Under the pieces are notes generated by a model that saw nothing but the letters and a program-made list of their open reading frames with translations, did no database searches and had not been told where the DNA came from. A DNA stretch of 64,000 nt from Euglena gracilis (lineage: Eukaryota). Shown in pieces: positions 1 through 16,700 of the stretch (position 1 is its first letter; every line of letters starts with the position of its first letter). Both the position numbers and the translations under genes were made by a program. The stretch lies in the NCBI GenBank assembly GCA_039621445.1, contig CP154954.1, forward strand, positions 27,392,123-27,456,122. The letters are read 5' to 3'.

Positions 1-884
1 ATTTTTTGCAAACATTCCTGGTGCTTTTTTCTCTTTTTTTCTTCTGTGCCCAGAGGGGGGGTCAGGGCAGAACGGGAATCGGCCGAACAGCCAGGGTGGT
101 GAGTGGGGGGGGGGGGGCGACCCCCCCCACCCCCTGCATTGTGGGTGGGGGGGGGGTCGACCACCCCCCCCACCACCTCTTCCCGTATTTCCGGGAGCAC
201 CAATTTTTGGCCCCGAAAAAATTTTCCGGCGCCTTCGGCGCCGGGTGTTTTTTTTTTTGACCCATTTTGGGACCCATATAGGGGGTCCCCCAAAACCCCA
301 TTTTTTCACACCTTCCAAAAATTCAACATTTTCTCAAAATGTTGATTTTGAGAGGTTTTTGAAGCAAAAAATGCCATTGAAAGTCCAAAAAATTTCAACG
401 AGAAAAAATGTCTGTAAAATTTGACTGTGCCAAATTTTGTCCACTTTTTTGACCTTCGTTTTTTTTTACCCCCCTTTTTAAAAAAGTACAAATTTTTAAC
501 CCTGAATTTTTTGAGATTTTTTTGTGAAAAAAATGTGGTTTTCCATCAAAAAATGATCTGTTTTGGGTTCATTTTTCAAAAAAAAATTCTGGCCAAAATC
601 CCCGTTTTCCCAAAATCGATGAAAATGCGGTGGTGGGTGGGCGGGGTCGACCACCCCCCCCCCCAGGCCTTCCCGTTCTGCCCTGGGGGGGGGGTTATTA
701 TTTGGGCGGCTGAAGGCGGTCCTCAGGGGGTTTATTATTTGGGGTTTTTTATTATTTGGGGGGTTACACTTTTTGACGCATTTGTGCCCCCTTCAACCAC
801 CCCTCACCGCACTGTCAAGGTTCAGGGTCTGGCGTGGCGCACGAAGCACGTTGTGCCTGCACCGTCCCCTCCCCGCGCCCGCAG

Positions 885-3913
<3,029 letters not shown>

Positions 3914-5104
3914 GTGTCGGCAAGGGGTCAGTCTCCCAACGTCGCCGGATGGCATCGCCCAAAAAAATACTGGTGCCCAAACCCCAAATCCATTGTTCAC
4001 TGGAGTTGTTTTGTGTTATTTGGGGGCATTTTCAAACTCGGAAATTCCCTCTACTCTTCATCAGGATATACTTTGTGGTTTGGGTGTGGGTTCAATTCCA
4101 TCAGGTTCTGTGATTTTAAGGCCATCGTCATTTTCTTGACCTCCAGAGTGGAGCAGGAGGGAGGATCTTTGTTCTTATTTCTCAGCCAAATTCATTTGGA
4201 GGTTATTTTATATTCTGACGGACCCCTGCTTGTACAATGAGCACCGCTGTGATCAGCATTTTCCCTTCGGTTTCTTTTTGCACTGTTTGTCTTCTTTGCT
4301 CACATTTTTTATTTTCCTTTTTGTACCTTACCTCAGTTGGCAGCTTGTTGTGTATATTCTCTCGCTTTTACAATAATCATTGTATTCACCCTGACTGACA
4401 CTCGAGCGAGGAACCGATATTTGGCAGATTGGCAAAGGGATCATTGCACGAACATTCAGAAACAAGTCGGGAAATAATAGACTGCATGGTGATATGGAGA
4501 TGATGGGTTCTGCTTATGCTTCTTGCGTTGTGTTGCTTTGCTCAAAGCAACCAACACAAGTTTTCTTTTGAGGGGTTGATGATCTGCTGATTGAACGTCG
4601 GCCCCTTTGTGTGGATCTTTAACGTTTTCTGGGTTGAAACCCAGGGGAAATGCAAATTTTGATGTTTTTGACCTCTTAAAAAGAAATATCGTGCGGAATC
4701 CTCCGGGACAAACCCTGGGAATGGGAAATTACAAGAATGCACGAAACCTGCTGGTTCTATCCCCCGCGTTTTCCCCCCCCTGTGAAAAGAGTGTGTTTAC
4801 CAGGTTGAAATGGACTGTTGGAGCACTCTGAAAGTTTCGTGTGTATTTTATGCTGTGGTGGCCCCTGCTCTAGGGTACCCTAACTTTCTACAGTCTTTGG
4901 CAGGGCGGAAGTTTGAACCCCCCCAGGGATGTTCAGCCAGCCAGCAGCCTTTTTCTAGTCCTGACCCCCCCCCCATCGTGGGGGAGGGTGGTGAACAACA
5001 AACCGACTTGGGAACAGAAAAATCACAGAAACACATCAGAAAACTGCAGGAGGCAGCAAACGACGACACCAGAACGGGCCACGGCGGAAAAACCGAAACC
5101 ATAA

Positions 5105-5470
5105 ATGCTGGATTTTTTCTGTGGAACGAAATGGGTCGGCACAGTGTCTGAAAAAAATGGGTTTCGAGGTGGTGACGGTGGACTCAGACCCCAGGTGGAA
5201 AGCAGACTACCAGGTGGATGTGCTGGACTGGGACTACAAAAAACACTTCAAACCGGTGAATTCCACACGGGTGTGTGGAGATCCTTGCACAGAGTTCAGC
5301 ATTGCACTGACGACAAGACCCAGAAACCTTGAAAAAGGAAACAGACTTGCAAAAAAGCCCTGAAAATTGTGGAATTACTGCAGCCACAGAAATGATAGTT
5401 GGAAAACCCAAGGTACGGACACCTGGGAAAAAGAGAGTCCGCGAAACCGTACCCGTACATTGACGTGCCA
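5105..5470 (+). pseudogene. Degenerate DNA cytosine-5 methyltransferase fragment
   Basis: Motif I-like MLDFFCGT, then GFEVVTVD..P...ADYQVDVLDWDY, catalytic PCTEFS and motif VI-like ENP, spread over several frames with a stop; truncated by a repeat near 5470. Confidence 0.7.
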
Positions 5471-7771
5471 AGTTTTTTTTTATTTTTTCCAACCAGGTGC
5501 AAAAATGGCAAAAATGGGTCGGAAAAGGGCGGCGGTGGCAAATTTTGGGCAAAAAAAATCGATTTTTTACATAATTGGCAGATTTTTTGGATATTTTTGC
5601 AATTTCGATTTTTTGGGTACCCGGTTCGATCCTGGGTTTGGCCCAGTTCCAGCCCTGACCCCTATTGGGGGGGGGGGTCCAGTCAGCCAGCAGCCTTTTT
5701 CCATCCAGCCCAAGTTTTGCAGCCTCTGAGGTGGAGGGGTCCTTCAGCAACGCCAGGCTTTGCACTTCACCCTGCGGTCTCGGGTCGCTATGTGTTGGGC
5801 CTTATTTTAACAACAGCAGCAGCAGCAGCAGCAGCAGCAAAACACAAAAAAAATTATGATTTTTGTGCAAAGGAATAAGCCAACCACTTGTTAAATGATC
5901 TGCCGCAAAGTCCTGGCTTTTGAGAAGTTCTCAACATTTCTTTACTTCCGTCTCATGTGACTAAATTATGTGCTTTTGGGCATAATCTTTTTGGGCATGA
6001 GCTTTTGGGCATAACCCCCCTCCCCACGACCGCATTAAGTCCTCTGAGGCTCCTTTCAACAGCGTGTTCCAGCAATGCTAATATTTATGGTATCTTTTTT
6101 TTGTATTTGGAAACGTCGTTTAACCCAAAAATCTCACACTGCTTGGTATGTGCCCTCATCAAAGTGTCCATTTATCCCAGGGTTGAGGTTGAGGGAGTGG
6201 TTCCTTTTTGCCCTCGTTACTTCTGCTGCTGGTTTTCAGGCAAATGAATTGTCCATTTGGTTTTCCACCACATGTAGAACATGTTGCAATGAATCTGGCG
6301 CTCCACGAAACACATTGCAAGCCTTGCAGTTCCCAGCGCCACCCCATATACCTGCCCCACATCTCCTCTAGCCAGAGTGGGCTCATCAGGAAATATTTGC
6401 ATTTTTCTTTGCAGCGGTCTGCCTTTTCTTGCTGGCTGCTTTTTTTAACACGTTTGCAGTGCAGGGTTTTTTTGCCTGTCCCTGTGCATGCTTTAACCCC
6501 CCCCAAATGACCTGGCGGGGTGCCAGGTCATTGGAACCAACTGCCCCCCTGCCAGGTTATTTGGGCCTTTCTTTCAGCGCCGTAGAGAAACTTTGCCTTA
6601 AAAAGGGGGGGGTGCCAAGCTACTGGAACCATCTTTTTTGCCCCTCCTCCTGCCAAGGTATTCGGCCACTGCCAGGAGCAAGAGCCCCGCCAGGTTATTT
6701 GGGGGCGGAATTACACCTGTTGGAGTTTTGGAGTTTTGGAAAACCCAGGGGTTTTCTGAAGGACCCCTGGCTGGAGGGTCCCTGGGCGAGCTGGAAATGG
6801 TGCTGAGTGGAAAAAGTTGATGGCACGCAATATTTTCAAGGCGAAATTTTCAAAATGTTTAAGGCTTTTTAAGGCCTCTTTAAGGCTTTTTGTTTCAGGG
6901 TTTTAAGGCCGTTTAAGAATTTTTAGGTATTATTTTCCAAGGGCTGTCCAAATGCCATCCCAGCATCGCGGGGGTCCAAAAGTAAAAAAAAAAAGATCGA
7001 AAATCCCATTTTTTTCGAATTTTGGGTTCCAGCAATGCCAGGAATCATTTTCCCCCCTGGAGTTGGCTTGATTTTAGAGAGATTTTGCGCTTTTTTTTTA
7101 TTTTTTGCTCAATTGGAGAAAAATTTCACGGAATGGTTTTTTGAGGGTTTTAAGGCATTTTGGCAAAAATTTAAGGTGTTTTTTTTAACAAAAACCTTTT
7201 TAGGGTTTTTTTTAAGGCGCCTTAAAATTGGATTTCCCCCACAGGTTGGTGGTCAGGGGTGGGGGTCCAGCTGGCTAGCCGCCGGACCTGGCGGGTTCCT
7301 GGAAGAAAAGGCCAAAAAGCCCAAATCCGGCCAGATTTGCTTTTTCAGCAAAAAACCTAAAAACCATTCTATTTTTGGCCATTTCTGACTCCTTTTTTTA
7401 AAAAAAATTCGGTTCAATTTTTTCGGTCCAAACTTTATTTCAGGACCCCCAAGGTGGCCGTAGCCCTGCTGGGAGCTGCTGGCTGGAACGGAGGGGGGGA
7501 TCATCTCCGGCTTAAAAAAAAAAACCTCCTGGTGGGACCCGCTATTTGGGGAGAGGGCTGCTCGGTCAGCCAATGGACTTTTTGAACCTGCATTTCCGCT
7601 ATCGGTATCGGAGGTTTTGCCGCCGAATACTGAATTGAATATGTTGTGTTGCCCGGGAGCCGGTTTGCTCCGTACCACCCGGAACCCTTTTTGTGGGGGG
7701 GGGGGCGATTCCATCTTTGCCAACCCCTCCCACCCCATGGCCGTTGCAGGGCAGCGCACTCGGCGGGCTGC

Positions 7772-10700
7772 ATGGCCGCCGCCGCCGATGCCGGGAGGGG
7801 CCACCGGCCCCGCGGCGTGTGGCACCGCCGCCAACCGGTATGGAGCCCCCCCCCCAGTGGTCCAGCCGCCTGCCCGGCTACAAAAGCACTGCTGTGGTGG
7901 AATGCGCCGGAGAGGGAATTGGAGGAGGAGGAGGAGGAGGAGGAGGAAGTATGAACCCAAAATGTTTGCTTTTTGGGCAATGGGCTCCTTCTGGTTACGG
8001 CTGGCTCAATTGGCCCAATTGATGACCTCAATTTGCGTTCCAAACTTGGTGGATGGGTGAATTGCGCTTGTTTGACAAAATTGTGAATCCACCCCCTCAC
8101 AAGAGACCCCTGCCATTTTCAGCAAAATACCTGGACACTGTGAAACAATCCCCCAAAATGAGTGATTTTTCACTGTAAAAATTGGTGTTTTTCGGTGGAT
8201 TTTTTGTCAATAGTGAAACTGTTTCGACACGTTTTTCGAACGCATCCATAAAAAAATAGCCGATATTTCAGCAAAAATTCAAAGAATCCCCCCCCCCCCC
8301 CGCAAGTAAGACCCCCTCGGGATTTTCAGCAACTGACTCCAAAAATAGGCCGGGAGCTTGTTAGGGGGGATTACTTTTTGCCCAATGCATCTTTGCCTGA
8401 TGGACTGCAGATGGGTTTTGCACTCTCCCCAGTCAAGTTGTCTTCGTGTTCTGTTGACGTCCGTGCAGCACCTTCCCCTGCCTTGTTCAGTCCACAGAGC
8501 CGGCCACCGGCCATCGCGAAAGGCTGGCCCACTTCCTCCACCCCCACCAGCCCCATCCCGTCCACCGAAGCAGCCCAGAGATGACCCAGGTACCTCTCTG
8601 GGGCGACCCTGTGGGGAGCAGGCTTCTTTTTAACTCACAAGACCCCCCTTGAGGGAGAGAGGTGCAGGCCCCCCTTGCCCCTTGCCAGGCCCCCTTGGGG
8701 TGGGAGTTTCCCATGCTGGAGGCCCGGATGTTGGTATTGGGCGAGGAGCCCCAAAATATTTTGGAAATGTCTTTCGATGGCCTGATGTCAGCCCAGCGTG
8801 GGACCCCCCCCAAAAAAAATCGGGTCGTCTGAGGGCATTTCCCAAGAAATTATCGGCGTTCCGCACCGAAACCCATTCCTGCGACGGGACCCCCGCTGAA
8901 AGGGTCTGGCCCAGACGGTCTTCTGACTTAAAAAGAAGCCTGGTCTGGACCCCTCCTCTGTGTGTCCCATAAACCCTCTGAAATTGAACCCTGGACGAGA
9001 CCTCCCGGCGGGCGGGGCCCCGGGGGGGGGGGGGCTTAAAAAGAAGCCTGGTGTGGACCATGCCCCCCCAACCTGCCAGGGGGTCCGGACCGACCCCCCA
9101 AAATCCTTGGGCATTTTTTTGCAATTTTTTTGCCCAGAAAGTGCCCAAATGGCACTTTTGGCCGGTTTTGGGGGCAAAAAGTTTCCGCCCGGCGCTTTGC
9201 GCTGGGCCGAAATTCCATCACCCGCACCGCACCACTGTACACTCCCCCCCCCCCTGCTGGACCAGAGGGGGGTACAACCCCCCCACCTGCCCTGGTCCCC
9301 CCTGGGGGGGCCAGGCTGGGTGGGTGGTGAGGGGACCCCTCAACCATACATCTCTCTAAGGTTTTGCGAACCCCCCCCGGGGGGGGGGGGGGGGCTGCAG
9401 CCAGCCCCGATTTGGGCCCAGCCCAGCCGCAGCAGCACCCCCCCCCCGGGGGGGGGTGCTCAGCAGCACCCCCCGGGGGGGGGGGGGGGAGCCAGTAGCC
9501 CAGCTAGCCAGCCCCTTTTTTGGGGGTCCAGCCCAAAATTTTTCGGCGCAAAGCGCCGAAATTTTTTGAAAAATTGTGTTCAAAAGTGGCCAAAAATGGG
9601 GTTTGGGGGGCGTTTGGGGCATTTTTGGGGGGTTTCAGATGCATCATTTTTTCAAAACTGTGTCTGCGGGTCATTTTTGGGCATTTTTCCGATTTCAGTC
9701 CAGCTCGCCCCGGTTCGGGTCCAGCCGGCAGGGGGGGGGGGAATGCAACTTGCATAATTTGCATTTTTTTGCATAAAATATTTTGCCCTGGAAAAAAATT
9801 TTGTAGTTGGTTGCCATATGTTTGGAATTTTTTGCATATTCTTGCATTTTTTGCATAAAATATTTTGCCCTGGAAAAAATTTTTGTAGTTGGCTGTCATA
9901 TTTTTGGATTTTTTTGCATTTTTTTTGCATTTTTTTGCATAAAATATTTTGCCCTGGATTTTTTTTTTGATTTCAGGCAGCAAAGCTCTGTTATATTCCA
10001 GCTTTTTCTCAGGTTTTTCATGCAAGTTGCATTTTTTTGCATTTTTTTGCATTTTTTTGCATTTTTTTTGCATTTTTTTGACTTGCATAATTTGAAGGGC
10101 CAAGTTGCATTTTTCCCCCCCCCCCCTGCAGCCGGGGCATAGCCCCCCCCCCCGGGGGGGCGGGCTAGCCAGCCCAAATTTCTAGCCAGCCCAAATTTCA
10201 AGCCCTAGCCCAGCACCCCCCCCCCCGGGGTCCTTAAAGAGATGTATGCCCTCAACCCCCCGGGGTCTTGAAAATGAAGTCTGCTGGGGAGGAGGTCCAC
10301 AACCGCCCCCCACCACCATCCTCATCGGCCACGCTTTTTCTTTCTTGAAAAGGTGGCAGTACACATCCCCCAAAAATCTGTTAACTCCATTAGACAATGC
10401 GAATATGGATGACTGCCGAACGTCCGGGTCAGTTGATGGAAGGCAAGGGAGGCAGGTGGACGACGCATCGGCCTCCACCCAAGCGTTCCCTCTCCCTGGG
10501 AAGGATTTGCTGGCTGCTCTGTTCCCTGGTTGGCAGGCATCGCAAGGGCCGGCAGGCGTCCCTCAATGTTCCCAGGTTTTCTTCTTTCCAATTGGAAGTC
10601 CGTTTGGCCATCACTTCCCAGCTAAAAACTCTGGACCCTTAAAAAGAAATCCAGAAATCCGGCTTCTGGGGGGGGTGGATGCCGCTCCATGAGTTTTCTA

Positions 10701-13700
10701 TTTGTAAGTTGCTTACAATTGTCTGTATACATGTGTAAGTTGGCCCTCAAACTGGAAACTGATTGCGGGTTCCTATTATGTTCCCGGGATAGTTATTCGA
10801 GTGTGCCGACCGGATGAGTGTCTACGGGTGTGAAAAACATGCAGATGTCATAAAACCTGCAAGGTTTAAAGGAATCTGGATGGGTGCTCTGGGACCCCAC
10901 CCCAAATGTGGGTACCCCTGGGTACGGTCAACAATGTGTATGCATATTTTGCATTCATTTCCCATGCACACAAACTGTGATTTTGAAGCTTTGCGACTTT
11001 GAAAGTTGACCACAGCCTTCCCTTACTGCCCTGAGAATTGGTGGCATGTTTTGGGTCGTAAATATATTTTGCTCGGCGGGGAAGGGGGACTTCAGGGACT
11101 CCCCAGGGATGGGAGTAAATAAAATTGTGTCCACAGGAATGCAACTTGGCTTGCTCTACGTCTCAGTTGGATGGGGGAAACCATGTCCGTCATTATCTTG
11201 TGGTGTGTTCAATCCCTTCACCCGTCTGCCCTCTTTTTAACATGTCTGATTTAAAAAAAAATGTCGACTCTTTTGACAGTCTTCAATCAAAACATCAGAA
11301 AGTGGTTCATTTTCTTCTCAGTCAAGGGAAAAACGTAGTGTTCACCTCAGTTTGCGCAGGAGAGTTTTTTTTTCCAACCATTCATGTGGCTTTCCCTGCT
11401 GAGTGCTGTCTCTTTCTCGCCGAGTTGTGCAGATTTGTGCATGTATGCATGTATGCAGGCCGCATCCCTCAGATAATAATCAAAGCCCAAAGGACAAGGC
11501 CCCCCAACTAACCTTCCCTAACAAGAGTATGCAAGCAAGCGACACACAAATTTCACCAGATGCATCGTTAGACCTAGACCAGCCGGCTTTAGTTTGCATC
11601 CCTGCCAGATCAATTGATCAGTTGATCATCCCTCTGTGCAGAAGTCGGCTGCCTCCACTGCATCCCATGGATTTTTCCGTCTCTTTGGCCACGATTTTGA
11701 CTCGGAGACAGACAAGATCCTGAAGGTAGTTGCCTTGGATTGCAGTTGGCTTGCATTCAGACAACGTGGGGGTGGTTGCTGTGAGGGCCGGGGTTCATAG
11801 GAGCGCAGAAGTTTTTCTTCTCACAGGGAGCTGTGTCTGATGACCCTGTGGTCCAATCTGCTTGTCCCACTGAAGTCAGCCAACCAGTGCCAACATGCCC
11901 AAAAAGTTTGCAATCGCGGCCCTGCCATAATTGAACACCACACAGCTCAGTTCTGGGCAGGTCTGCTGTTGCGGTTCCCCAGGAGTATTACGAGTTGGAC
12001 CCGTTCGCGACCATCACGGTGGAGGGCATCCCCCAGGCCGGCGCTGGCCTGGGATGGGGTCTGGGCACAGTCCCATCGTCGTTCTGCGGAGAGGGGGCGT
12101 GCCCGCCGGGGTTCTCAGCATCTCCCCAATTGTATGAAGGCTCTGCAAGTCTGTTTTTTTTACCCATGGCTGAGGCCAATGCCAGTGCCAGTTGTGTGCC
12201 AGTGCTAGTCAGGATGGCGGCGGCCTGGCGGAGGGCCCCTGCCCGCTGGCTACCCCAAGGTGGTGGTGCACTGCACCGCAGTGGACACCGGCCGAGCTCA
12301 GGTCCGCCCCGGGAGCACCTGCATTGTCCCACCCACGGTTCATCAACGATTTCCCGCTTTTCTTCCACAAATCACCCTCAAATATGAAAAAGAAACCTAG
12401 GTTCTATTCTCTCGTGAGGAATCAAGGAGTTCTATATTTGCTCGGAAATTTAATCCAAGGTTGGGTTTTGTTTTTGTATTTTTGGGGGGGTCCCAAAATC
12501 GGCCCAAAAATTTTGGGGGGGGGGGTACCCAAAAATCAAATTTTTGGGTCTCCATTGACGATGAGAGAAAGCCACGGAAACAATGGTCGACATCCGCAAA
12601 GTCACGAAGGGGCTGTCGCTCAGAGTTGTCCTGAACACTCCCCGCCTGCTTGAAACGCTTTCTGGCGTTTTTTTTTTCAATAGTCAGACCTTCCCCCACC
12701 CAGTTAGTCCAGTGAGTTTAGTTTAGTTAGTACAATTTTGAATCCTGAAAAAAAAATTTTTGGGGCCACAAGGCCTTTCAAAATGCCCCAAAATGCAATT
12801 TTCTGTTCAAGACATGTAAACCCCCCCAAATAATACCCCCGGGCATTATTTTTTCGCCTGAAGTCCCGGCCCGAGGGGGGGGGGGTATTATTTTCCAAAA
12901 TTTTTCGTTCCGTAGGAGCAAAAATAGTGCCAAAACCCCCCTTTGGGGTCATTTTTTGTATTTTCTCATGAAATTTAGCATTTTTTGGAGGCCAGATGAT
13001 CCAGAAAAAAATCGACTTTTTCGTATTTCGTTGTCAGAGATTGTGATTTTTACCTACATTTCCAGGTCAAAAATCCGGGCCTTCGGCCCGAAACCAGGGG
13101 GGGGGGGAGGGTATTATTTTGGTGGCCGAAGTCGGACCCCGAGGGGGGGGGGGGATTATTTGGGGGGGGGGGGGTTCATTATTTGGGGGGAGGGTTTAGA
13201 TCACACCTCCCTGCCCCCCCCAATCAGAGTCCACAATTCTGGAGGGCATGATTTTTCCTCCGAATATAATAGTCTGGATTCCAACGATCACCCCTCATCA
13301 GAATCCACAATTTTGTTGTGCCATCCTCCCCCCCCCCGTGTGTATAAACACCGGCCTTGTACAAGCACTGCCCCCCCCGTGCGCTTCCATCCTTTTGGAC
13401 GTGTTGGACAGGAATCCTGCTTTGCACGTGGGGGGGGTCAGTGGTTCGATTCCGGCTGCAGCCCTAGGGATTATTTACCCCCCGGGGGGCCCAGAGGGGG
13501 GTGTGATAGCCTTTTTGGCACCGCAGGCGCAGAAAATTTTGATAAAAATGTCTTTCTTGGCCAAAATCGGTCTTTTTTAGGTGGTTAGGGGCTAGGGGTT
13601 AAATTTTTCAAAGAGGCGGTCCCAAAAATACAAATTTTTGGTGTTTTGGGGGGGGGGGTAAATTTGGGGGGGACCCAAAACCCAAAACCCAACCTTGCTT

Positions 13701-16700
13701 AATCAAGCTGCAGGCAACTATATTTTCGTAGTATTTCATCATGTGTGAAGCTTTGGTACTTTTTCACCACACGGTTTGATTGTTTGTGTTCATTCTGTGC
13801 TTTTGGTGTTTTTCCCACTCGCGTGGGCGGCGTTTGCACCACAACAGAAACCCGATTTCCTTGATCTCAGGACATACCATACAGTGAACCCTCCCTATCC
13901 CTCTTTTCTGCATGTGAGGTGTCTCTCTGTTTGTCTGCATGTCTGTGTGTGTGTGTGTGTGTGTCTGTCTGCCTATCTGCCTGTCTCCATCCCTGTCTCG
14001 AAGGCTGCCCCTGAGGTGGGGCCCAAAGGCTGGTCTGTGACCTTCAACATGGCCGACCGGTTGTGCGACATCACCGTCCACCTCCTAAGTGTGCTGGGCT
14101 GAGGGAGAAGGGGGCCAGCAATCTTCTGCTTAAGGGTTCGCAGTGCCCCCCAAGGGGGTCGACTGCAGCTAGTCCAAAATTGGTTGTGGAAATCTTAGTG
14201 GACCCCGGGGGAGGCTGCTAGGCCTAGGTCTGCAGGGCCAGCTTTTTGAAAGCTTTTCCCTGGTGGCCGGCACTTCGATTTTTTTGGACCCTAAAAACCT
14301 GCCAAAAATGCCCATTTTGGCCATTTTTTGGATCTTTTGGAACACTGAAAGCCCCGTTTTTTCCCCCAGTCAGGGAATCCCTGGGACCCCCTTTCCCCAG
14401 GGTGGGGGTATAGCCAGTGGCCAGCTAATGTATCCCTCGGGGTCCTCGAGCCTGGGCAAGGAATGATTCTGTTGCGTCAAGGTTTGGGCGGTTCATTTAA
14501 GCTGTTCGGTGTTTCTGACTGCGGAAGTGAAATAAAATTTCTTCAATTCTCATGGAACAACAGCAAAAGTTCATCCCCTCCTTTTTTGTTTTCAGCTGGG
14601 GGGTGCTGGCTGGTGTTTTAAGCCCTGGGAGAAACCCAATAGCCCACTTTTTTTCTATGGTGCCTTTTCAGCGATGTGCAGAAATCATGGTTCGCGGCTT
14701 GAGGATCATTGAAAACACGTACTCCCCCCCCCCAAAAGGGCTGATTGGCAAGTGCTCAGATCATTTTTCTTCCCCTGGCTGGCACCCTCTGGCGTGCCCA
14801 AAAATCTCATGGAAAAAATGGTGCTTTTTTCTCCAATATTTTTTCGCGAAGTGACAAAACCGCTGCAGAAGAAATCTCTGAAGCCTCTCCTGCCCGGACA
14901 CCTGGACCAGAAAATTTGGATCAGAAGATGGTTTTCTGACCCCATTTAGAAAGCTAAGTTCGGGGCAGAAGGGAGGATTCGGAAGTGTGGGGCATTGACG
15001 GCGGACCAGGGGTTACAGACTGGTGCAGAGCTGCTCTCATCGGGACCGCGGTTGGTGCACTCTTTGTCAAGAGGAAGAACATGCTCATTGTCCTCAGTTT
15101 CTCACAAAGGACAATTTAATTCAATTTGATTGTATTTTTTTGCTGGAGCACAGTTTTTGTGCAATTGCGGACGTGCGTGCCAAGACCAGAGAAAACCTCC
15201 CAGGTCTTTTTTTTTGTGAGACGTGCCTGCTTGATGATGGTGAGGTGTGAGGATGATTGAACAAGAAGGATTTCTCAGTTCAGGAGTCTGTGTTTTTGAA
15301 GTGCTATAAAAGCTTCTGTTCTAGGGTTCGCAGTACCCCATTGGGGGGAGGGGCTGGACTGCAGCTAGCACAACTTTGGATTTGTGCAAATCGCAGTGGA
15401 CCTCACCCCCCCCCCGGTGTCGGAGGGACCCAGGACCACAATGGGGGGAGGTGGTTTTTTTTATCCAGTGGCTAGGGAAAAAACAGCTAGCTGATGCCCC
15501 CCGGGTCTTTCAGCAACAGTTTGGTGCCCTAGCACTTTTGTTGCTGGCAACATAATGGCCACCACTGGAAATAGTTGGTTTTCCCAACTCAGCTGCACAT
15601 TAGCACACAGCATCAAGTTAGCTTGCACAACTGCGCAAACAAACCACTTAGTTGACTCGAACGTTTTTCGCACCATTTTTATTGCGCAAACAAAATCGAG
15701 ATTGAATTGTTCAGCAGCGCAAGCTGACTTGCTTTTTTTGTGGCACAGCTGTGCAAACTGATAATTATATTTGTTTGCACAGTTGCATATGCATCTCTTC
15801 AAGGTTTTGGAGACTCCCCCACTGGGGCTGTTGCAGCCAGCCCCGACCTTGGCCCAGTGCAGCCCCAGAGGGATGCTGGCTTTTTTACCCAGCCCTTTTT
15901 GCTTGGTCAGCAGGAAGAAATATTTGAAAGAAGTGGTAAAATGAAGAATAAAGTTTTGGAGGGTTTTCACTTTTTCATGTAGTTTCTTGGTTTTGTTCGA
16001 TTCCAAGGCCTGGTTCAGATTCAGCCAAGGCCAAGCCACTCCTCCAGGATCCTTAAAGAGATGTATGGCCGTGAAGCTGGCTTGCTAAATTTGTTTGTGC
16101 AGTTGTAATTCACATTTCTGGGCAAGTCCAAAAGAACCTGCATTTTGATGCCATAAAAGTGCCCTGATCTGTGCCATTCTGCACTCTTTAGAATGCTTTT
16201 TTCCCTCCGTCCCTTTTTCCCTTTCCTGTATGCCTTTGTATTTCCCCAAAGGGCATGTCTGATGTCTTTTGTTGCCCCCCCCCGTTCCCTCTGCACCCAG
16301 TAATCTAACAATGGGTACCTGGTAGAGAGGCGTGTGCTGGACGAATGGTCTTTTTTATTTGAAAACCAAGAAGCTGCTCTGGAGAATTTCGCTGGAAACA
16401 CTGAATCCCATTTCCAGTGTTCCAATACAACCTGTGCCTGGATGTGGTAGCAATGGTCTTTAACCAGATTGTGCATATCACTGTGTATGGCGTTTTGACC
16501 CCCCCTTCGGCGTTGGTCTCCTTTTTCGCTCGCAGCCAAGTCGGGCAAAGTTGGGTTGATGACGGGAGTACAGGTGCCCTCCATCGATGTGGCGCCTGTC
16601 GACCTTGACCTGCCCTTGGTGACACTGCCAGACGAACGGTGTCCCCTGGGTCTCCATCCTGGGGAAAACAGCGAAAGAACCCTAGCGTTTCATTCAAAAT

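Noticed and set aside
14950-16500. Possible LINE remnants (CTLCQEEEHAHC; ORF 16021-16584), similarly 23600-24900
   Set aside because: No RT or endonuclease motif was recognisable, so they are too degenerate to call without a search.
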